Shown one piece after another: positions 9,328-19,590 of a stretch of DNA of 64,000 nucleotides. The position numbers were made by a program, and so were the translations under genes. The stretch is from an uncultured bacterium (GTDB taxonomy: Bacteria; Zixibacteria; MSB-5A5; UBA10806; 4484-95). The stretch is from positions 44,273 through 108,272 of the forward strand of contig CBFDEC010000007.1 in assembly GCA_965603725.1 (NCBI GenBank), given 5' to 3'. How positions within the stretch are numbered: the stretch's first letter is position 1; each line of letters starts with the position of its first letter. The notes below the pieces were generated by a model. That model was not told the origin of the DNA. It made no database searches and worked only from the letters and a program-made list of their open reading frames with translations.

Positions 9328-10473
9328 ATGAATTTCGAATTAACCGAAGACCAGCTGGCAGTTCAGGAGGTAGCCAGAGGGTTTACTGAAAAGAAACTGA
9401 AACCCAGGGCTGAGGAGTTTGACGCCGAATCCAAGATGGACAGCGGTTTATTGAAAGAAATGGGCGAACTGGGCCTGATGGGGATTACTCTCCCAGAAAA
9501 GTACGGCGGCGGTGAAATGGATACGATATCCTATATGGTAGCATCGGAGGAGCTGGCTAAAGGCTGCGCCTCTCATGCAGCTGTTTTAGGGTTGCATAAC
9601 TCTCTCTACGGCTATCCGGTTGTCGAATTTGGAACAGAAGAACAAAAGCAAAAATATCTTCCCGGCATCTGCAGCGGAGAACAGGTAGGCGCCTTTGCAC
9701 TATCTGAACCCGGCGCTGGTTCCGATGCCGCGGCCGTTGCTACTACTTGCAAAAAAAAGGACGACGGCTATGTGCTTAACGGCACAAAAATATTTATTAC
9801 CATGGGCGCTGTGGCGGACAGCGTTATAGTATTCGCAACCTCTAAAAAAGGTTCCGGTCCCAAAGGCATCACCGCTTTCATAGTCGATAAAGGCGCCGAG
9901 GGATTTGATATCGGCACAATCGAAAAGAAAATGGGACTTAAGGCGTCACCCACGACCGAATTAATATTCAATGACTGTTTTGTTCCTAAAGAGAATATGC
10001 TTGGCGTGGAAGGGAAAGGTTTCCGGGTGGCGATGTCTACCCTGGATGGCGGCAGGATCAGTTGTGGAGCGATGGCGGTTGGTCTGGCTCAGGCTGCTTT
10101 TGAAATTGCCTTGAAATATTCGAAGGAACGCGAGCAGTTCGGCAAACCGATCTCAGCGTTTCAGGCTATTCAGTTTCACCTGGCGGATATGTCTATTATG
10201 ATAGAAAACGCCCGGCTTTCGGTCTACCGGGCAGCCTGGATGAAAGATAAAGGAATGCCCTATACATTGCAGGCGGCCCAGGCTAAAGTTTACGCCTCGG
10301 AAATTTCTACTTTAGTGACTCATAAAGCGATTCAGGTTCTTGGCGGTTATGGATATATCAGGGATTACCAGGTCGAAAGGATGTACCGTGACGCCCGCGT
10401 AACCGAGCTTTTCGAGGGGACATCGGAGGTGCAAAGGCTGATTATCGCCAGAAACCTTCTCAAAGGAAAATAG
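9328..10473 (+). CDS. bcd: acyl-CoA dehydrogenase (butyryl-CoA dehydrogenase-like)
   Basis: ACAD motifs GAFALSEPGAGSDA, YASE and a C-terminal QxxGGxGY-type region. RBS AGGAGAA upstream. Confidence 0.85.
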   Translation: MNFELTEDQLAVQEVARGFTEKKLKPRAEEFDAESKMDSGLLKEMGELGLMGITLPEKYGGGEMDTISYMVASEELAKGCASHAAVLGLHNSLYGYPVVEFGTEEQKQKYLPGICSGEQVGAFALSEPGAGSDAAAVATTCKKKDDGYVLNGTKIFITMGAVADSVIVFATSKKGSGPKGITAFIVDKGAEGFDIGTIEKKMGLKASPTTELIFNDCFVPKENMLGVEGKGFRVAMSTLDGGRISCGAMAVGLAQAAFEIALKYSKEREQFGKPISAFQAIQFHLADMSIMIENARLSVYRAAWMKDKGMPYTLQAAQAKVYASEISTLVTHKAIQVLGGYGYIRDYQVERMYRDARVTELFEGTSEVQRLIIARNLLKGK

Positions 10474-10655
10474 AAAAGGAGTTTTATAAGGAGAATAAGA
10501 GGTTGTAGTAATAAATGAATCTTGATTGTGATTCTCTGAAAAGTCATTGCGAGCATCTGACCCGTAAGGCGAGAGATTTGAAAAACAAACAAAATAGCAA
10601 TGTAAGCCCGGCCGCAGGACAGGCCGTCAAGGTCTTGTGGATTTTCAACCTGCCC

Positions 10656-10677
10656 GGACAGACTGAAAGTCTGTCCT
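10656..10677. other. perfect 9-bp stem / GAAA tetraloop hairpin (ggacagact-gaaa-agtctgtcc) in the 390-bp bcd-korG intergenic region
   Basis: Read directly. No T-run follows, so it is not a canonical terminator. Confidence 0.4.
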
Positions 10678-10863
10678 ACTAAAGCTTGCGATCTATATGT
10701 CTTCGCATTGGTTTACCCAAATCGATTTGTTTCTTAAGAGTGAAACGAAACTCCGGGACGCTTCCAAACATTCTAAGAGTTTGCATGATTGATTTGTCAT
10801 CCCGCTGTTTCCTCACGATGACTGAGAATTATATACAGCCTCATAGGCTTTTCTGACAGTATT

Positions 10864-11409
10864 ATGAAAGAGATCACGTTTTTTGGCAGGGGCGGACAGG
10901 GCGCTGTAGTTGCCTCTGAAATGCTTGCCGACGCTTATTTCCATGAGGGTTACCAGGTTCAGAGTTTTCCATCTTTTGGCGTTGAACGGCGCGGGGCGCC
11001 GGTTATGGCGTTCTTACGAGTCGATAAGGAGTTCATATATCTCAGAAGCATGATATACAAAATTGATTTCGGCGTGATCCTGGCCCCTGATATAGTTAAT
11101 GCGCCAATCTTTAAACCAACATTAAAAGCCGAGACAGTGATCTTGATAAATTCCCGAGAAAAGTTGCCTCAGCTTGATGGAATTAGAGCTTCTTATGTTG
11201 ATGCCACCGGCATCGCCTTAGAATATGGTCTGGGGTCAAAGGCTCAGCCGCTGGTCAATACCGCAATGCTTGGAGCATTTGCTAAAATATCGGGCGATCT
11301 GAAACTGGACAACCTGCTGGAGGCAGTCAAAGGCAGCGTGCCGCAAAAAACTGATATGAACATAAAAGCTGTAATCAAAGCATATGAATCGGTAATAGGT
11401 TTTGAGTAA
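10864..11409 (+). CDS. 2-oxoacid:ferredoxin oxidoreductase gamma subunit (set 1)
   Basis: N-terminus ITFFGRGGQGAVVASEMLADA..GYQVQSFPSFGVERRGAPV is typical of PorG/KorC. Confidence 0.75.
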   Translation: MKEITFFGRGGQGAVVASEMLADAYFHEGYQVQSFPSFGVERRGAPVMAFLRVDKEFIYLRSMIYKIDFGVILAPDIVNAPIFKPTLKAETVILINSREKLPQLDGIRASYVDATGIALEYGLGSKAQPLVNTAMLGAFAKISGDLKLDNLLEAVKGSVPQKTDMNIKAVIKAYESVIGFE

Positions 11410-13045
11410 ATTAATCGTTTTTAATTCGGTCGATGAGATGCCGGAGATGGCGGTTGCCGGATCGCCAATGGACTGGAATAAAACCGGTTCCTGGCGATCG
11501 TCCACTCCTGTTCACAGGGACAAGACCCCGCCATGCAATTTCAACTGCCCTGCCGGTGAGGATATACGCGGTTACATAGATTTAATAAAGAAAAATCAGC
11601 TTAGCGATGCTTTCAGCCTTCTAACCAAGACTAATCCGCTTCCGGCTGTGTGCGGGCGGGTATGTTTTCATCCCTGCCAGGCTAACTGTAATCGTCATGA
11701 TTTCGATATCGAAGTACAGGTGCGATTGCTTGAAAAATTCATAGGCGATTGGGGAATCGAAAACAAATTAAAAACAGAACTTCCTGATTTAAGTCACCAT
11801 AAGATAGCGGTCATCGGAGCAGGTCCGGCAGGATTGGCCGCCGCGTATTTCCTTCGCAGGAAAGGCCTGGCAGTAACACTCTATGATGAAAACGGTTTGC
11901 CGGGCGGTATTCTGCATTACGGCATACCATCATACCGGCTCGATAAAGATATCCTGCAAACTGAGCTTGAAAGACTAATGGAAGGAATCGAGTTTAAATC
12001 GAACATGAAATTCGGTTCCGATTTTGGTATCGGTGATTTACAAAATTTCGACTCGGTCTTCCTGGCAACCGGCGCACATCTGTCAAAAAAAATGAATATT
12101 AATGGAGAGAAACTCACCGGAGTAGAACCCGGACTTGATTTTTTAAAAAATGTGAACTCCGGCGTTGCTGTTGACCTCAAAGGGAAAAAAGCTGTTGTTA
12201 TTGGCGGCGGCAACACGGCCTGTGATGTTGCCCGCACCGCTTATCGTCTCGGCGCCGATGTTCACCTTGTTTACCGGCGGACCCAAAAAGAAATGCCTGC
12301 TTTCGCCGAAGAGGTTGAACAGCTTAAATCCGAACCAATTAAAATAGAGTTTCTGGCGGAACCCGAGAGAATTGAAAGGCAAAACGATGGCAGGTTGAAA
12401 GTATTATTCACAAAAATGAAACTTGGAGAACCCGACCAATCCGGCCGTTCAAGACCTGTTCCAATCAAGGGTTCGGGTTTCGATATGATCGTGGATAAAA
12501 TCTATGCCGCAATCGGTGAGGACCCCGACCTGTCATTCTTTCCGAAGGTGGTTATTTCAAACAGCGGCGAATTTGATTTTGCCGGAGTAGAAAAAAGTCT
12601 GCGCGAAAAGCTGTTCGTCGGCGGAGATATTTTGCCTAATCCCAGGACAGTTCCTCACGCGGTTGCCACAGGAAGGTTGACCGCTGATAAAATTGAGGCG
12701 TTTCTAAAGGGAGAACTGCTAGATTCTCAAAAGAATATCGCCGAGGTTGCTGGTCCTGATGACGTTAATTATATCTATTTCACAAAGGTCAATGCAGCAA
12801 AATGGCAGAAAAATCTAACCATCAACGGCAGTATTCCCGATATAGAAAAGGCGATTGAGGAAGCCAGCCGCTGTTTTTCCTGCGGTGTGTGCAATCAATG
12901 TGACAACTGCTACAATTTCTGCCCCGACCTGGCCGTGATTAAATCCTCGGATGGGTATCAGATCAATCTCGACTACTGTAAGGGGTGCGGTATATGCTCC
13001 AATGAATGTCCTCGCGGCGCTTTGATTATGGAGGCGAAGAGTTGA
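11402..13045 (+). CDS. GltD-family NAD(P)H-binding FAD/FeS oxidoreductase with a C-terminal 2x[4Fe-4S] ferredoxin domain (OFOR-associated)
   Basis: CNFNCPAGEDIRGYI..CGRVCFHPCQANC, IAVIGAGPAGLAAAYFL, VVIGGGNTACDVARTA, and C-terminal CFSCGVCNQCDNC..CKGCGICSNECP. Track start is TTG; an ATG at 11438 or 11447 is possible. Confidence 0.7.
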   Translation: MSKLIVFNSVDEMPEMAVAGSPMDWNKTGSWRSSTPVHRDKTPPCNFNCPAGEDIRGYIDLIKKNQLSDAFSLLTKTNPLPAVCGRVCFHPCQANCNRHDFDIEVQVRLLEKFIGDWGIENKLKTELPDLSHHKIAVIGAGPAGLAAAYFLRRKGLAVTLYDENGLPGGILHYGIPSYRLDKDILQTELERLMEGIEFKSNMKFGSDFGIGDLQNFDSVFLATGAHLSKKMNINGEKLTGVEPGLDFLKNVNSGVAVDLKGKKAVVIGGGNTACDVARTAYRLGADVHLVYRRTQKEMPAFAEEVEQLKSEPIKIEFLAEPERIERQNDGRLKVLFTKMKLGEPDQSGRSRPVPIKGSGFDMIVDKIYAAIGEDPDLSFFPKVVISNSGEFDFAGVEKSLREKLFVGGDILPNPRTVPHAVATGRLTADKIEAFLKGELLDSQKNIAEVAGPDDVNYIYFTKVNAAKWQKNLTINGSIPDIEKAIEEASRCFSCGVCNQCDNCYNFCPDLAVIKSSDGYQINLDYCKGCGICSNECPRGALIMEAKS

Positions 13046-13053
13046 AGAAGGTG

Positions 13054-14202
13054 ATGTCGGGTAATGAGGCGGCCTCTCTGGCGGTAAAGCTTTCCAGGGT
13101 TCAGGTGATATCGGCTTATCCCATAACCCCGCAGACGGTGATTGCCGAGAAACTATCTGAACTCTGCGGTTCGGAGGAACTTGATGCCAGGTTCGTTAAG
13201 GTGGAATCGGAACATTCAGCCATGGCGACTTTGATCGGGGCGGCCTCCACCGGCGTTCGCACTTTTACTGCTACCTCGGCTCAGGGACTTGCGTTGATGC
13301 ATGAGCTGCTGTTCTGGGCATCAGGCGCTAGATTGCCTGTTGTCATGGTTAATGTTAACCGGGCCATGGCGGCTCCCTGGACTATCTGGTGTGACCAGAC
13401 CGATTCTGTCGCCCAGCGCGATACCGGTTGGATGCAGTTTTATTGCTGGTCCAACCAGGAAATATTAGACAGCGTCATCTGCTCATTTAAGATAGCCGAA
13501 AAACTGTTGATTCCCTGCATGGTCTGTTTCGACGGTTTCTTTATATCGCATACCTATGAAGCCGTGGATATCCCCGATCAGAAGGATGTAGATAAATTCC
13601 TGCCATCAAGAAAAGCAGAAACTTACATTGATACGAAAAACCCGCAAACGTTTTCGGGCGGTACTTTGCCGAATAATTTCATGGAGTTCCGCTATAAACT
13701 TCAAAAAGCATTCGAACAGGCGCCTGAAGTGATAGATAAAACCTACGGCGAGTTTAACAATATATTCGGCCGCTCATACAAAGATATCGAACCGTATTTT
13801 TTTAATGATGCCGAAACCGTGTTAATGGCTTCCGGCTCTGCGGCATCAACGGTATATTATACGGCGAGAAAATTACGGGAGTCGGGAAAGAAAGTTGGCT
13901 TCCTGAGATTAAGGCAATTGCGGCCGTTTCCCGAGAAATCGTTTTTATCGTTTATGAAGCCGGATGTTAAATACGGTGTACTGGACCGTAATCTTTCACC
14001 GGGCACAGGCGGAGTGTTCACCCAGGAGATAAGAGGAGTTTTAAACCGTCACGGCCGGCAGAATCGGGTCAGCGAATTTGTCGCCGGTCTCGGTGGACGA
14101 GATATAACCGAACAACATATCATGGAGATATTTAATAAGCTTGCGAATGGCGAAATTAATACATCGGGAATAAACTGGATCGGTGTGAAGGGAAAACAAT
14201 AA
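13054..14202 (+). CDS. 2-oxoacid:ferredoxin oxidoreductase alpha subunit (set 1)
   Basis: PorA/KorA-like protein (MSGNEAASLAVK.., AYPITPQT). ATG at 13054 follows AGAAGG; the track ORF begins upstream at 13006 inside the previous gene. Confidence 0.75.
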   Translation: MSGNEAASLAVKLSRVQVISAYPITPQTVIAEKLSELCGSEELDARFVKVESEHSAMATLIGAASTGVRTFTATSAQGLALMHELLFWASGARLPVVMVNVNRAMAAPWTIWCDQTDSVAQRDTGWMQFYCWSNQEILDSVICSFKIAEKLLIPCMVCFDGFFISHTYEAVDIPDQKDVDKFLPSRKAETYIDTKNPQTFSGGTLPNNFMEFRYKLQKAFEQAPEVIDKTYGEFNNIFGRSYKDIEPYFFNDAETVLMASGSAASTVYYTARKLRESGKKVGFLRLRQLRPFPEKSFLSFMKPDVKYGVLDRNLSPGTGGVFTQEIRGVLNRHGRQNRVSEFVAGLGGRDITEQHIMEIFNKLANGEINTSGINWIGVKGKQ

Positions 14203-14270
14203 GTAAATTTATTTAATAAGTTTTATCATTATGAGAATTACTTTCCAAAATCTAAGACCGGAGTTGACCT

Positions 14271-15185
14271 ATGAATGAAATGCCGGATTACGAGTTTTGC
14301 GCAAGTCATAGTTTTTACGGCCACATGGCCTGTCCCGGTTGCGGTGAAAAGATATTAATCAGGCATGTCCTGGAAGCTCTTGGTCCGGAAACTGTAATTA
14401 TTTGCCCTGCCGGCTGTGCCGCGGTTACTGACGGCGTCTTTCCCCATACTATTTCGCCGGTCCCGTTTTTGCATGTGCCGTTTGATGCGACTCCCTCCGC
14501 GGCGGCCGGTGTCCGCGCCGGTCTCGATATGTCGGGTCGTAAGGATGTGACAGTAATGGCCTGGGCCGGCGATGGAGCCACCTTCGATATCGGGATGGGG
14601 TCTCTTTCGGCTATTGCAGAAAGAAATGAGAATATTCTTTATGTTTGCTACGACAACGAAGCTTATATGAACACCGGCATCCAGCGCAGTTCGGCCACGC
14701 CTATCGGAAGCTGGACTACCACAACGCCGGAGGGGCGATTGAAATCCGAACCCAAGAAAAATATCGATTTCATCATGGCCTCACACAGGGCGCCCTATGT
14801 TGCCACCTGTTCGCCGGCGTTTATTGATGATCTGAAAATGAAAGTTACAAAAGCAAAAAATATGACCGGCTTAAGATTCCTTCATTTGTATTCCCCGTGT
14901 CCTCCAGGTTGGAAATCCGACCCCAAGGATAGCATCGCCATTTCCAGGCTGGCCGTGGAATGTAACCTGTTTCCTCTTTATGAAATTTACAACGGAGAAA
15001 AATATATACTGAATTATCAATCCCGGAGCCTTCCCGTTTCCGAGTACATAAAACTCCAGGGAAGATTCAGATATCTAAGCGACAGGGACAAAGAAATTCT
15101 TCAGTCCGAGGCTGATCAGTTCTACCGTACTCTGATATCGCTTCAAAATATCAAACCGCAATCAAATATTGCCGGGGAGGAATGA
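14271..15185 (+). CDS. 2-oxoacid:ferredoxin oxidoreductase beta subunit, TPP-binding (set 1)
   Basis: CPGCGEKI, GDGATFDIG (TPP GDG motif) and NEAYMNTG. Confidence 0.8.
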   Translation: MNEMPDYEFCASHSFYGHMACPGCGEKILIRHVLEALGPETVIICPAGCAAVTDGVFPHTISPVPFLHVPFDATPSAAAGVRAGLDMSGRKDVTVMAWAGDGATFDIGMGSLSAIAERNENILYVCYDNEAYMNTGIQRSSATPIGSWTTTTPEGRLKSEPKKNIDFIMASHRAPYVATCSPAFIDDLKMKVTKAKNMTGLRFLHLYSPCPPGWKSDPKDSIAISRLAVECNLFPLYEIYNGEKYILNYQSRSLPVSEYIKLQGRFRYLSDRDKEILQSEADQFYRTLISLQNIKPQSNIAGEE

Positions 15186-16495
15186 TGAGTAAGAAGCCAT
15201 CCGAAAAATCCTTGATATATGACTGGAATAAAAGCAAGGGATTCAGGTTTCGCCATAAGCCAACCCTCCAAATTGATGACGAAACTTTAAGGGACGGTCT
15301 TCAGTCTCCTTCTGTTACAGATCCCACCATCAAAGAAAAAATCGAATTGTTGGAATTGATGGAAGAACTTAAGATAGATTCCGCTGATATTGGTCTTCCC
15401 GGTTCCGGCCCAAGAGCACAAAGCGATATCTTGGCTATAGCCAAGCATATCGAGAAAAACAAAATGAAAATCCAACCCAACTGCGCCGTCCGAACAGTTA
15501 AAGCGGATATTACGCCCCTTGTCGCTATTTCACAGAAAGTAGGCTATCCGATTGAAGCAAGCACTTTTATTGGCTCATCGCCTATCAGACAGTATGCCGA
15601 GGATTGGACGCTTGACAAAATGATCAAGCTGACCGAGGAAGCGGTAAGCTATGCCGTGGATAATGGTTTACCTGTAATGTATGTTACAGAGGATACCACA
15701 CGAGCCGACCCCAAGACATTGAAAAAGCTATACACAACCGCAATTAATGCAGGCGCCAGGCGTATATGTGCTTGCGATACAGTTGGCCATGCCACAACTA
15801 TAGGTGTTTACTATCTGATGAGATATATAATGAAACTGGTAAAAACAATCGATCCCGAGGTTAAAGTCGATTGGCATGGTCATTCGGATCGTTCTCTGGC
15901 GCTGCCCAATACTATGGCCGCTATTGCACAGGGAGTTGACCGGGTACATGCCACCGCTTTGGGTATCGGCGAAAGAGTTGGTAATACCCCGATTGATCTC
16001 TTGCTGGTTAATCTTAATCTTGAAGGTATATACAATCGTGATCTTACCCAGCTTTCGCGGTATTGCCATTTCGTCTCGGAAATATGCGATGTAGAGATTC
16101 CACCGAATTATCCGGTTATGGGTCGGGATGCTTTCAGAACGGCCACAGGTGTTCATGCCGCCGCCATAATTAAAGCCCAGAACAAAGGTGATGACTGGCT
16201 TGCCGACCGTGTTTATTCAGGTGTACCGGCAGGAATGGTTGGCTTAAAGCAGATTATTGAGATCGGGTTTATGTCGGGAGTTTCGAATATAGTCTACTAT
16301 CTGAAAACACGTGGCATTAAGCCGGATAAAGAAATCGTCGATGAGATATTCCGGACAGCAAAACAGCATAATAGAGTTCTTACCGATGAAGAAATCGAAG
16401 AGACAATCAAATTCCAAACGCATTTGTCCAATGAGTTGCCGCTTGATACTATTAAGCAATGGGATGAAGAGATCAAACCAAAGAAAAAGAAATAA
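15182..16495 (+). CDS. LeuA/CimA-family (DRE-TIM metallolyase) 2-oxoacid:acetyl-CoA condensing enzyme homologue, short form with no regulatory domain. It carries a variant RDGLQ motif.
   Basis: TLRDGLQSPS where LeuA has RDGEQ, plus HGHSD and GIGERVGN motifs. 437 aa. It is immediately upstream of leuC/leuD/leuB. Confidence 0.6.
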   Translation: MMSKKPSEKSLIYDWNKSKGFRFRHKPTLQIDDETLRDGLQSPSVTDPTIKEKIELLELMEELKIDSADIGLPGSGPRAQSDILAIAKHIEKNKMKIQPNCAVRTVKADITPLVAISQKVGYPIEASTFIGSSPIRQYAEDWTLDKMIKLTEEAVSYAVDNGLPVMYVTEDTTRADPKTLKKLYTTAINAGARRICACDTVGHATTIGVYYLMRYIMKLVKTIDPEVKVDWHGHSDRSLALPNTMAAIAQGVDRVHATALGIGERVGNTPIDLLLVNLNLEGIYNRDLTQLSRYCHFVSEICDVEIPPNYPVMGRDAFRTATGVHAAAIIKAQNKGDDWLADRVYSGVPAGMVGLKQIIEIGFMSGVSNIVYYLKTRGIKPDKEIVDEIFRTAKQHNRVLTDEEIEETIKFQTHLSNELPLDTIKQWDEEIKPKKKK

Positions 16496-16574
16496 AAAAA
16501 ACCAATGATTTATCCCGGTATTAACATTGCGTTTGATTTAATAATAAGATTTTAAGCCCACCATTAAGGAGATT

Positions 16575-17849
16575 ATGGGTCAGACAATTGCCGAAAAAAT
16601 AATAGCGGACCATGCCGGACTCGAAAGTGTAACCGCAGGACAGATAGTAAATGTGCCAGTTGATATAGCCATGGCAAACGAATTGTCGGCGGCTTTATCA
16701 ATAAAAGAATTGAACAACTGGGGCATAGATAGACTGTTCGATCCGCAGCGAGTATGTTTAATCCCCGACCATTTTACTCCCAATAAGGATTTAAACGCCG
16801 CCCGTATTTCTACAATAGTCAGAGAGTTCGCTAATAAACATGATGTGAAGTGGTATTTCGAGGTAGGCCGGGCTGGTATCGAACATGCGGTTTTGCCATT
16901 GGAGGGTGTAATACTTCCGGGTCAGATTATGGTTGGCGGTGATTCGCATACCTGCACCGCCGGAGCTTTAAACTGCCTGGCAACCGGTATGGGTTCAACC
17001 GATATCGCCTGTGCCTGGGCTACCGGCGAGGTCTGGTTAAAGACTCCGCAATCAGCGAAGTTGACCTACACCGGCAAATTGAATCGGCATGTTTACGGCA
17101 AAGACCTGATACTTTACGCGATTAAAGACCTGACAACATCCGGCGCAACATACATGTCTATCGAATACCATGGTGATGTATTCGATGAGCTGCCCATGGC
17201 CGACCGGTTCACTATGGCTAATATGGCTATCGAGGCGGGTGGTAAAGCCGGTATATTCAAATTTGACCGGAAAACAAAAGAGCTGGTGGAATCGACGCCG
17301 AGGTTTAAAGCCGAAAAGCCATCGTATAAGACCTATAGGCCGGACAATGACGCTAATTATATAATTGAAAAAACATACGATGTGACAGATATCGAGCCGC
17401 AGATCGCCTGTCCTTTCTCGCCCGATAATGTCATGCCGGTTGCAGAAATAAAGGATGTTAAAATTGATCAGGTTGTTATCGGCGCCTGCACCAACGGCTG
17501 GCTGGACGATCTTATCAGGGCCGCTGAAATATTTAAAGGCAGAAAAGTTGACAGAAACGTTCGGGTCATAGTTATACCCGGCTCACAGCGTATCGCCAGG
17601 CAGGCGTTTGATATGGGATTACCCCAGATTTTTATTGATGCCGGCTGTGTGTTTTCTACTTCTACATGCGGGCCATGTATAGGCGGGCATATGGGCGTCC
17701 TTGATAAAAATGAAATTTGTGTTTCTACAACCAACCGAAATTTTGCCGGCCGGATGGGACATTTGTCATCAAAGGTGTATTTAGCCAATACAACGGTTGC
17801 GGCCGCCTCCGCAGTGATGGGGAGAATAGGATTGCCCGATGAACTGTGA
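16575..17849 (+). CDS. leuC: 3-isopropylmalate dehydratase large subunit (small-type aconitase-family LeuC/HacA-like)
   Basis: Aconitase-family Cys ligands (GGDSHTC, CTNG, STCGPCIG). 424-aa archaeal-type length. Confidence 0.8.
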   Translation: MGQTIAEKIIADHAGLESVTAGQIVNVPVDIAMANELSAALSIKELNNWGIDRLFDPQRVCLIPDHFTPNKDLNAARISTIVREFANKHDVKWYFEVGRAGIEHAVLPLEGVILPGQIMVGGDSHTCTAGALNCLATGMGSTDIACAWATGEVWLKTPQSAKLTYTGKLNRHVYGKDLILYAIKDLTTSGATYMSIEYHGDVFDELPMADRFTMANMAIEAGGKAGIFKFDRKTKELVESTPRFKAEKPSYKTYRPDNDANYIIEKTYDVTDIEPQIACPFSPDNVMPVAEIKDVKIDQVVIGACTNGWLDDLIRAAEIFKGRKVDRNVRVIVIPGSQRIARQAFDMGLPQIFIDAGCVFSTSTCGPCIGGHMGVLDKNEICVSTTNRNFAGRMGHLSSKVYLANTTVAAASAVMGRIGLPDEL

Positions 17850-17887
17850 TTGTGATAAAATAATAACGGTGATAATCTGGAGGCGGG

Positions 17888-18385
17888 ATGGTCCTTAAAG
17901 GTAATGTGTACAAAATGGAGGATAATATCAACACCGATGTTATCATGCCGGGACGCTGGTGCCATCTGACCGATGATACTGAACTGGCCAAACACTGCAT
18001 GGAGGATTACGACGGGGATTTCCATAAGAGGATAAAAACCGGCGATATAATTGTTGCGGATAATAATTTCGGCTGCGGTTCCTCCCGTGAGGTGGCGCCA
18101 TTATCCATCAAAGCAGTTGGCATCTCTGCCGTGGTGGCAAAATCGTTTGCCCGAATATTCTACCGTAACGCAATCAACATAGGTCTGCCGATATTTGAAT
18201 CGACTGAATGTGCCGAATCAACTGAAGCCGGCGACGAAGTCGAAATAGATATGTTCGGCGGCAGGATTAAGAATATTACAAAAGGAAAAGAATTCTCATT
18301 TGTGCCCTTCCCGCCATTCATGCAGACCATCATCAAAAAAGGCGGCCTTAAAGGCTGGGTGATGGAAAAGCTGGGAAAAGGATAG
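17888..18385 (+). CDS. leuD: 3-isopropylmalate dehydratase small subunit
   Basis: 165-aa LeuD-type swivel domain (NTDVIMPGRW, GCGSSREVAP). Confidence 0.8.
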   Translation: MVLKGNVYKMEDNINTDVIMPGRWCHLTDDTELAKHCMEDYDGDFHKRIKTGDIIVADNNFGCGSSREVAPLSIKAVGISAVVAKSFARIFYRNAINIGLPIFESTECAESTEAGDEVEIDMFGGRIKNITKGKEFSFVPFPPFMQTIIKKGGLKGWVMEKLGKG

Positions 18386-18413
18386 AAAACCTAATTAAAA
18401 GTAAAGGTGATAC

Positions 18414-19472
18414 ATGTACAAAATAGCAGTCATAGGGGGCGACGGTATCGGCCCGGAAGTCACAAACGAAGCATTAAAGGTACTGAAAAAATCGGCTGAG
18501 CTTTTCGGTTTTGATTATGAAACTACCGAATATCCATTCGGTTCAGAGCATTATCTTAAAACCGGCGAACTGGCGCCGGAATCGGTCTATTCTGAATATC
18601 GTGAACATGATGCTATCCTGCTTGGGGCAATCGGCGACCCCAGGGTTGAGGTCGGCCTGGTAGAGCGGGCGGTCATCGCCGGCATACGGTTCAAACTCGA
18701 CCTGTATATTAACCTTCGCCCGATAAAGGTCTATGATGAATCGCTTTGCCCTATCAAAGATAAAAAAGCTGAGGATGTAGATCTGGTTGTAGTGCGAGAA
18801 AACACCGAGGATGTTTATACCGGCCTGGGCGGAATTATGAAAAAAGGGACGCCGGATGAAGTGGCTATTGCCAATATGATTTTTACCCGTAAGGGTTGCG
18901 AACGTGCCGCCCGTTATGCATTCGACCTGGCAAGGTCACGGAATAAAGACAGGAAAGTTACTCTGGTGGACAAAGCTAACGCTATCCGCGCCCAGGATAT
19001 CTGGACCCGTACCGTAGAGGAGGTCGGCGAAGAGTATCCCGATATAACTCATGACCATGCCTATATCGACGCCGCCTGTATGTGGATGGTTAAAAACCCT
19101 GAGTGGTTCGATGTAGTCGTTACAACTAATATATTCGGCGATATATTCACCGACCTGGGCGCCATGGTTCAAGGAGGAATGGGCATTGCCGCCTCCGGCA
19201 ACATTCATCCCGGCCAGGTCTCGATGTTTGAACCTATTCATGGTTCAGCTCCCAAGTACAAAGGACAGAATGTAGCCTGTCCAATTGCGGCTATCATGGC
19301 GGCACAGATGATGCTTGATTTCCTCGGCGAAAAGAAAGCCGCTGTTGCTATTGAGAATGCTGTGACCTCTCTTTTAAAATCAAAACAGATTAAGTCCCTG
19401 GATGCTAAATCGGGCATCCCGACTGCTGAGATGGGGAATATGGTTGTAAAGGAGTTGGAGAAACGGAAATAA
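18414..19472 (+). CDS. leuB: 3-isopropylmalate dehydrogenase (isocitrate/isopropylmalate dehydrogenase family)
   Basis: [28 protein letters not shown] and DAA.M.MV.NP motifs. Confidence 0.8.
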   Translation: MYKIAVIGGDGIGPEVTNEALKVLKKSAELFGFDYETTEYPFGSEHYLKTGELAPESVYSEYREHDAILLGAIGDPRVEVGLVERAVIAGIRFKLDLYINLRPIKVYDESLCPIKDKKAEDVDLVVVRENTEDVYTGLGGIMKKGTPDEVAIANMIFTRKGCERAARYAFDLARSRNKDRKVTLVDKANAIRAQDIWTRTVEEVGEEYPDITHDHAYIDAACMWMVKNPEWFDVVVTTNIFGDIFTDLGAMVQGGMGIAASGNIHPGQVSMFEPIHGSAPKYKGQNVACPIAAIMAAQMMLDFLGEKKAAVAIENAVTSLLKSKQIKSLDAKSGIPTAEMGNMVVKELEKRK

Positions 19473-19590
19473 ATTTCTGTTTAGTGTGCCATCAGGTCTC
19501 TCTACGAGCCGTATGGCCGCACCTGACGGTTGACGAATAACATTGAAAGTGTTAGAGAACAACTAAAATTAATTTTAAAGGAGGTCTGAT

